Below are positions 58,254 to 64,000 of a stretch of DNA of 64,000 bases, piece by piece. The notes under the pieces were generated by a model, which ran no database searches, had not been told where the DNA came from, and was given only the letters and a program-made list of their open reading frames with translations. Position numbers and translations under genes: made by a program. Each line of letters starts with the position of its first letter. Position 1 is the first letter of the stretch. Origin of the DNA: Terriglobia bacterium (lineage in GTDB: Bacteria > Acidobacteriota > Terriglobia > JAJPHL01 > JAPKYU01); NCBI GenBank assembly GCA_965206645.1, contig CBDBKE010000001.1:96001-160000 (forward strand), read 5' to 3'.

Positions 58254-58784
58254 CTATGCTGGGCTGTGATGTCGAAGCGCTGCTACGGGCGAAATCATTC
58301 CGTGTGGCCGCTCCGGATCCATGTTGGCTCCGCGCGCCGCCTCTCGCGTCATCGAACCCGCCGGGACGGAGCGCTGCCCTGGAATCACCGGCCAAGGCAG
58401 CCACCACTGGTCGGTGTGGGGCTCCATGATGCCGCCGGGCCTGGCAATATTAGCGGTAAAGCTTGAGAGAACGTACTCTTTTTCCAAAACATGGCCGACC
58501 AACTCGCGGGCACGCTTGTGAAAGAGCAGATCGCGAAACACCTTGCCCTTATTGACGAGGAACCAGAGGCGCTGATTGACGCCAGCGCCGTCGGGGCCGG
58601 CGTCTTGGTAGGCATCGCCCCGCTGCAACTCAGCGGCGGCCTGTTCTTCAAGGCGTGTCCGCAAAGCGGCGACTTCATCGCTGCTCAGGGCATTCTCGAT
58701 AAAGCAATAACCATGCTTGTCGAGGTCGGACTTCTGTTGTTCGATCGGCGACGCGAGTTCCGGAATTGCGTTCGTGACACCCAT
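58254..58784 (-). pseudogene. Phytanoyl-CoA dioxygenase (PhyH) family, C-terminally truncated
   Basis: GY..IENAL, HTD iron-ligand motif; frame ends before the distal His/Arg region; TGCTATAAT at 58800-58808. Confidence 0.7.
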
Positions 58785-58842
58785 CGAATATTCGCGGAGA
58801 TTATAGCAGGCGCGCAACCCAGGGAGTACACGCAACGAACCC

Positions 58843-60088
58843 ATGACGCCGGATCAAGAGCAAAAGCGTCCCGGAGTTCCATGGTTCCTCATTTTTGTCT
58901 TACTTGGATCCACAACGATCAACTACATCGATCGCATGGCAATCTCCGTGCTCGCGCCGACGTTACGAGACGAGTTCGGCATGTCGAATACGGCCTATGC
59001 CTGGGTCATCAACGCCTTTCATTCGGCTACCTAATTTCCTACAGCGTGGGCGGCCGGCTCGCGGATCGCTGGGGTGTTCGCTTTGCCCTGACGGTCTACG
59101 TGCTCTGGTGGTCGGACGCCGGCGCGTTGCACGCGTTCGCAACAGGCGCCTTGACCCTGGGAGTGTTCCGCTTCCTGTTGTCGGTCGGGGAGGGAGGCAC
59201 GTGGCCGACCGTGGTGAAGGCCGTCGCCCAGAACGTGCCCGGACCGATGCGCTCATTCTCGATCGGCATCGTGAACAACGGTTCATCGATAGGAGCGGCC
59301 ATTACGCCCCCGCTCGTCGGTTGGCTAACCCTCAACTGGGGATGGCGAACGGCTTTTCTCGTGACCGCCGCGATCGGTCTCGTGTGGCTGCCGTTTTGGC
59401 GAATTACCAGCGAACGCGCGGCCAGGTTCGCCCCCCAAGAGGCGACTGAGAAAGGCGATTCTTGGATCAAGCTACTCAAATACAAGCAGAGCTGGCGACG
59501 TTTCTGTGCCGCGGCTTGGGCGATCCGATGTTCGGCTTTTACCTCTTCTGGCTGCCGGAGTACCTGACCCGCGAACGGGGAATGGACCTCAGCCAGATGG
59601 CGGCCATCGTCTGGATTCCATTCCTGGCAGCGGACGTCGGGAATCTAGTTGGGGGCGGTGTCACGTCGTGGCTGATTTCACGCGGATGGTCGATCGACCG
59701 AGCCCGCAAAACCGTGATGCACACGATGGCCGTCTGCACCATGGTGGGAATGGCGGTGCCGTTCGTCGAGAGCGTGAATGCCAGTATCGCGCTCTTGGCG
59801 CTGACTGGTTTGTTCTTCATGACGTGGTCGGTCAACGCCGTCATTCAACCCTCAGATTGGTTTTCGCCTCGAAACGTCGGCACGGTCTTTGGGTTGTCCG
59901 GCACCGGCAGCGGACTCGGAAACTTGATCATGAATGCCATCGTGGGTTGGGTGTTAGACAGAACCGGGAGCTATCGCGCAGTGTTTATCGGCGTAGGATT
60001 CCTCGTACCGACGGCTCAATTCTTGGTGACCGTGATTGGCGGGCGCATCGAGCGTGTGGACGCAGGCGAAATCCATCAGAGAGCCTAA
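58843..60088 (+). pseudogene. MFS transporter (ExuT/ACS-like) with two 1-nt frameshifts near 59020 and 59496
   Basis: TINYIDR, GRLADRWG, FYLFWLPEYL pieces lie in three successive frames. Confidence 0.8.
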
Positions 60089-61755
60089 ACCTTCGGCGAC
60101 CAAGCTGGAGGTGCGATCCCCTCAATGTGCGTTTTCACGTCGATGACCGCCGGTCTGCCTGATCCTAACGCCTGATCGAGCGCCCGCGCGAATTCACCGG
60201 GCTTGTTGACGTGGATTCCGAAACATCCCATCGATTCCGCGACCTTCGCAAAGTCGGATTCTGGGAAGATCCACAACTCGTCGGACCCCGCACACCGACC
60301 ACCGTAGATCGCTTCGTTAATCTCCTGCTCTTGGTTCAGCGAGTGGTTGTTGTTGACCACAGTGACCGTATGGATGCCGCAGCGAAGGGCCGTCTCCAAC
60401 TCGGTGAGGTGGTACCAGATGCCCCCGTCGCCCGAGAAGCAAACGACCGGCCGGTCGGGCGCGGCGCACTTGGCGCCGATCGCGGCGGGCAAGCCCCAGC
60501 CCAGCGAGCCCGCGCAGCGGATATAGCTTTGCGACGGGTGCTTGAGATCGATCATGGTGCCGGTCCAGATGCCCGCGTGACCGGTGTCGGAAACAAGAAT
60601 TGCATCCGCAGGCAGCGAGTCCGTCATTTCCCGACAGAGCCGTTCGGGCCTCAAGGGAATCTCATCTGAGTTGACCAGCGGAGCGACCTCCTGCTTCCAG
60701 TTCTTGACGAAGCCTTGCACGCGGCGAATCCATTCGGGATGGCCGGCGGGCTCGGCATGATCAATCATTTTACGCAGCGAGGCTTTGGCGTCCGCTTGGA
60801 GCCCGACAGTGATCGGGAACGACCGCCCTAGCTCAGACGGGTTGATATCGAGCTGAATGACCCGTGTGCCCTCCCGCGGGATACGCCATTCGTTTGTCAC
60901 CTGACCGCCGGTATGGCTCCCAACAAAAAAGACCAAGTCAGCTTCGGCGACCGCTTGATTCGCGCAGTTCCGCGAGTACAGTCCGCACACTCCGACACCT
61001 AGGGGATGATCGTAGGGAAAGGTTTCTTTGGCGTTGAGGGAGGTAGCGATGGGGATCGACAACTTTTCGGCAAGTTGGACAAGTTCCGCTCCAGCGTCGG
61101 AATAGGTAACCCCGCCGCCGGCAACGATCACTGGGCGTTCGGCCTGCGCCAGTAGTTGTACAGCCTTGCGAACCGTGGCTACATCAGGTTCGGGCCGGAA
61201 CGGCGGGACCTGTGTGAAGGCGTCTTCGATCACGATCTCGAGATTGGCCTCTTCATCCGCGAGTTGCCCAATAAATCCTTCCAGGTCCAAGTGCACTGGC
61301 CCCGGCGTCCCCGAGACCGCTTCTCGGAATGCCTGGCGCAAGAAGTAGGGCAGTTGTGTCGCCTGACTCACGAGCACGTTGTATTTCGTAACGCCATCGA
61401 AGAACTTGACGTGGTCAACTTCTTGATATTGGTGGCGATGCTGGCTGATTTGGCTTTGGCGCCCGGTCAACGCCATTACGGGCGAGCACGCTAAGAAAGC
61501 ATCCTGCAACCCTGCCGCGAGATTCGCGGCTCCAACCGACTGCGACAGACAGATGCCGGTACTTCGGCTGACCCGAGCGTAGCCGTCGGCCATGTAGGCC
61601 GCGGCTTTTTCGCCGTGCGTCATGATGCGTTTGATGCCGAGCTTTTCCATCTCGGCCAGTGCCCGGATCGCGACGACCGGCATGAAGAACACATGGCTCA
61701 CACCGTAGCCCTTGAACGTTTCGGCGATAAATCTCCCCCCGGTCATCTTCGGCAT
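60085..61755 (-). CDS. Thiamine-pyrophosphate-dependent enzyme (acetolactate synthase-like)
   Basis: E..AAYMADGYAR, GPVHLD, GSLGWGLPAAIGA, GDGG...NNN. Confidence 0.9.
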   Translation of the reverse strand: MPKMTGGRFIAETFKGYGVSHVFFMPVVAIRALAEMEKLGIKRIMTHGEKAAAYMADGYARVSRSTGICLSQSVGAANLAAGLQDAFLACSPVMALTGRQSQISQHRHQYQEVDHVKFFDGVTKYNVLVSQATQLPYFLRQAFREAVSGTPGPVHLDLEGFIGQLADEEANLEIVIEDAFTQVPPFRPEPDVATVRKAVQLLAQAERPVIVAGGGVTYSDAGAELVQLAEKLSIPIATSLNAKETFPYDHPLGVGVCGLYSRNCANQAVAEADLVFFVGSHTGGQVTNEWRIPREGTRVIQLDINPSELGRSFPITVGLQADAKASLRKMIDHAEPAGHPEWIRRVQGFVKNWKQEVAPLVNSDEIPLRPERLCREMTDSLPADAILVSDTGHAGIWTGTMIDLKHPSQSYIRCAGSLGWGLPAAIGAKCAAPDRPVVCFSGDGGIWYHLTELETALRCGIHTVTVVNNNHSLNQEQEINEAIYGGRCAGSDELWIFPESDFAKVAESMGCFGIHVNKPGEFARALDQALGSGRPAVIDVKTHIEGIAPPAWSPKV

Positions 61756-61781
61756 TCCGCTGCCTGGCGAACCCTACCTAC

Positions 61782-62159
61782 TTAGTCGTCATACTCCACG
61801 ACGACTTGATCGCCTTCGATCGTCACGGTGTAAGTCCGAACGGACACCTCAAGCACGGTCAGACAGCGGCCGGTCTTGATGTCAAACGGCCACTGATGCC
61901 AAGGGCACCGCAGGATCTCACCGTCTCGTTCCAGCCGCAGTCCGTGGTTCTGGACCGTGAGCGGAGCCTCCGTGACCACGGTGCTCCCGATGCTTCCTGT
62001 ACACAAGGGTCCGAGTTTATGGGGACAAAGATTATGCAGCGCGTGGAACGAGCCGTTGACGTTGAACACACCGATCCCTGCCTTGCCTCGGAACGGCACG
62101 ACAAGCTTCCTTGCCCCCGGCGGAATCTCATCCACCTTCGCTACGACAACGCGCGGCAC
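61782..62159 (-). CDS. Rieske [2Fe-2S] ferredoxin
   Basis: CPH...CPWH motifs. Confidence 0.9.
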   Translation of the reverse strand: MPRVVVAKVDEIPPGARKLVVPFRGKAGIGVFNVNGSFHALHNLCPHKLGPLCTGSIGSTVVTEAPLTVQNHGLRLERDGEILRCPWHQWPFDIKTGRCLTVLEVSVRTYTVTIEGDQVVVEYDD

Positions 62160-62165
62160 TCAGCT

Positions 62166-62222
62166 CAACTCGCCTTTAAGCCGAACAACTCGCGAGCGTT
62201 GTCTTCAAAGACTCGCCGGCGC
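62166..62222 (-). pseudogene. 3' tip of a probable amidohydrolase gene cut by the IS
   Basis: Minus strand reads RRRVFEDNARELFGLKAS*, resembling amidohydrolase_2 C-termini. Confidence 0.55.
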
Positions 62223-63472
62223 TGACCTGACCGGCACTTTTTGTACCAAGTGGAAAGAGAGAGAATCCACTTGAGGAGGGAGTGAGGTCATGCCGACAAG
62301 GAGTTACAAGCCGGAGCAGATTGTAGCGGTGCTACGGCAGATAGAAGTGCAGATGGGGAACGGGAAGACTGCGCCCCAAGCCTGCAAAGAAGCTGGAATC
62401 CACACCCAAACCTACTACCGGTGGCGGAAGGAATACGGCGGGCTGAAGGTGGTGCAGGCAAAACGGCTAAAGGAGTTGGAGAAGGAAAACACGCGGCTGA
62501 AGCGGTTGGTAGCGGAGCTTTCTCTGGAGAAGCAGGTGCTGCGGGATGTGGCACAGGGAAACTTCTGAGCCCTGAGCGGCGGCGTTGTGCGGTGGAGCGT
62601 GCGTGGGAGCAACACGGGTTGTCGGAACGGCATGCCTGCCGGCTGCTGGGGCAATGGCGAGGGACACAACGATACGAGCCGATTCATCGGGTGGACGAGG
62701 ATGCTCTGACCCGAGCGATCATTGCCCTGGGAGCGAACTACGGGCGATATGGCTACCGGAGGATCACAGCGTTGCTGCGGAGTGCGGGCTGGGAAGTGGG
62801 CAAGGACCGGGTGCAGCGGATTTGGCGGCGGGAAGGGCTGAAAGTGCCGCAAAAACAAAGGCCGCGAGGACGGCTGTGGCTGAACGACGGTTCCTGTGTA
62901 CGACTGAGGCCGGAGCGACCGAACCACGTGTGGAGCTACGACTTCATGAGTGCCAGAACGCACGAGGGGAGAACGCTGCGGCTGCTGACCTTGCTGGATG
63001 AGTACACGCGGGAATGCCTGGCGATCCGGGTGGAGCGGAGGATGGGCAGCCAACAAATCATTGAGGCGTTGTCGGACGTGATGTTGTGGCGAGGGATACC
63101 GGAACAGATTCGATCCGACAATGGTCCCGAGTTCATCGCCAAACAACTGCGCCAGTGGTTGGCAAATCTAGGGACCGGGACACTGTACATCGAACCGGGC
63201 AGTCCCTGGGAGAACGGGTACTGCGAGAGTTTCAATGGGAAGCTGCGGGACGAATGCCTGAATGGAGAGATCTTCTACTCGTTGAAGGAGGCACAGGTGG
63301 TGATTGAACAGTGGAGGGTGCAATACAACACGGTGCGGCCGCACTCGGCGCTCGGCTATAGGCCCCCGGCGCCGGGGGCCTATAGCCCTCCCCTGCCACT
63401 GAAACCAGTTTCACAGCCCCAGGCTGCGATGTAAACTCTCACTACGGTTGGTACAAAAAATCGGTCTGGTCA
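62223..63472 (+). mobile_element. IS3-family insertion sequence (distinct from the first)
   Basis: IRs TGACCTGACCGGCACTTTTTGTACCA / TGACCAGACCGATTTTTTGTACCA; no target duplication seen. Confidence 0.93.
62290..63434 (+). CDS. IS3-family transposase OrfA (62290-62568) / OrfB via -1 frameshift at GGGAAAC 62556-62562
   Basis: TYYRWRKEYGG; WSYDF, SDNGPEF, ESFNG. Confidence 0.92.
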
Positions 63473-63684
63473 GGGTCGGTTCGGGCGGGTCCTGACACCT
63501 GAGGTTATGAGAGTTCTCCACTAACGGGCTAGTGTTTACCAATCCCGGTTTCAGTTGGGCGAATAATCGGCTTACCGGAAACTGACCCATTGCCTCCCAG
63601 TGCGATGACTTGCAGCGGGGCCGGAAGCGGTGTTATCTTTTTCTTTTGCAGAGAGTTTCCGTGTAGCCAGAGGAGTCGAGCGGT

Positions 63685-64000
63685 ATGTGGCCGGCTGGCA
63701 GGCATTCCAAGTGGGCCAGCATTAAGCACAAGAAGGCGGCGACGGATGCGCGCCGTGGCCGGCTGTTCTCGCAGCTGATCAAAGAGATCACGGTGGCCGC
63801 GCGGGCCGGCGGCGGCGACGCGGACTCCAATCCGCGCCTGCGCACAGCGGTGACCGCCGCCAAGACGGCCAGCATGCCGGCCGACAACATCAAGCGGGCC
63901 ATCCAGCGGGGCACCGGGGAGATTCCCGGTCTCGTGGTGGATGAGGTGACGTTTGAGGGTTACGGCCCCGGCGGAGTGGCCGTGCTGGTGGAGGTGGCCA
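63685..64000 (+). CDS. yebC: YebC/PmpR family protein (runs off window)
   Basis: [11 protein letters not shown]...NPRLR...[10 protein letters not shown]...EGYGPGGVA; SD GAGGAG. Confidence 0.93.
   Translation, partial: MWPAGRHSKWASIKHKKAATDARRGRLFSQLIKEITVAARAGGGDADSNPRLRTAVTAAKTASMPADNIKRAIQRGTGEIPGLVVDEVTFEGYGPGGVAVLVEVA

Noticed and set aside
55156-63472. Canonical composite transposon
   Set aside because: The two ISs differ in IRs and transposase sequence, and there is no outer target duplication

Overview
GC-rich bacterial chromosome segment, inferred to be Acidobacteriota from the carboxypeptidase-domain TonB receptor, a Solibacter-type (TIGR03437-like) C-terminal domain and heptamer intergenic repeats. 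The core backbone is a complete tolQ-tolR-tonB/tolA-tolB-pal-cpoB-ssb run, recN, a cobalamin/iron-type ABC importer, aroC-def-fmt-rsmB-dprA-topA, a CDF transporter, a PPIase, a cystathionine lyase/synthase, cutA, pgm/pmm-ftsB and the start of yebC. There are four accessory regions. (i) 13-20 kb: an overlapping LarA-like / DUF1537 kinase / PdxA2 operon ending in an O-antigen-ligase-TPR-TIGR03437-like fusion, next to an apparent integron gene-cassette relic. (ii) 21-26 kb: a methyltransferase-rich stretch with a tandemly duplicated membrane-anchored FkbM gene. (iii) Several large polytopic GT-C-like proteins. (iv) An 8.3-kb mosaic island (55156-63472) between two different IS3-family elements, with truncated genes at its edges. 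Other features are a dprA internal deletion, a probable ATT start for ftsB, many leaderless-looking genes, a CTAG-flanked MITE/REP element and many short tandem duplications. No rRNA, tRNA or CRISPR array was seen. All family calls come from motif recognition by eye, not database searches.
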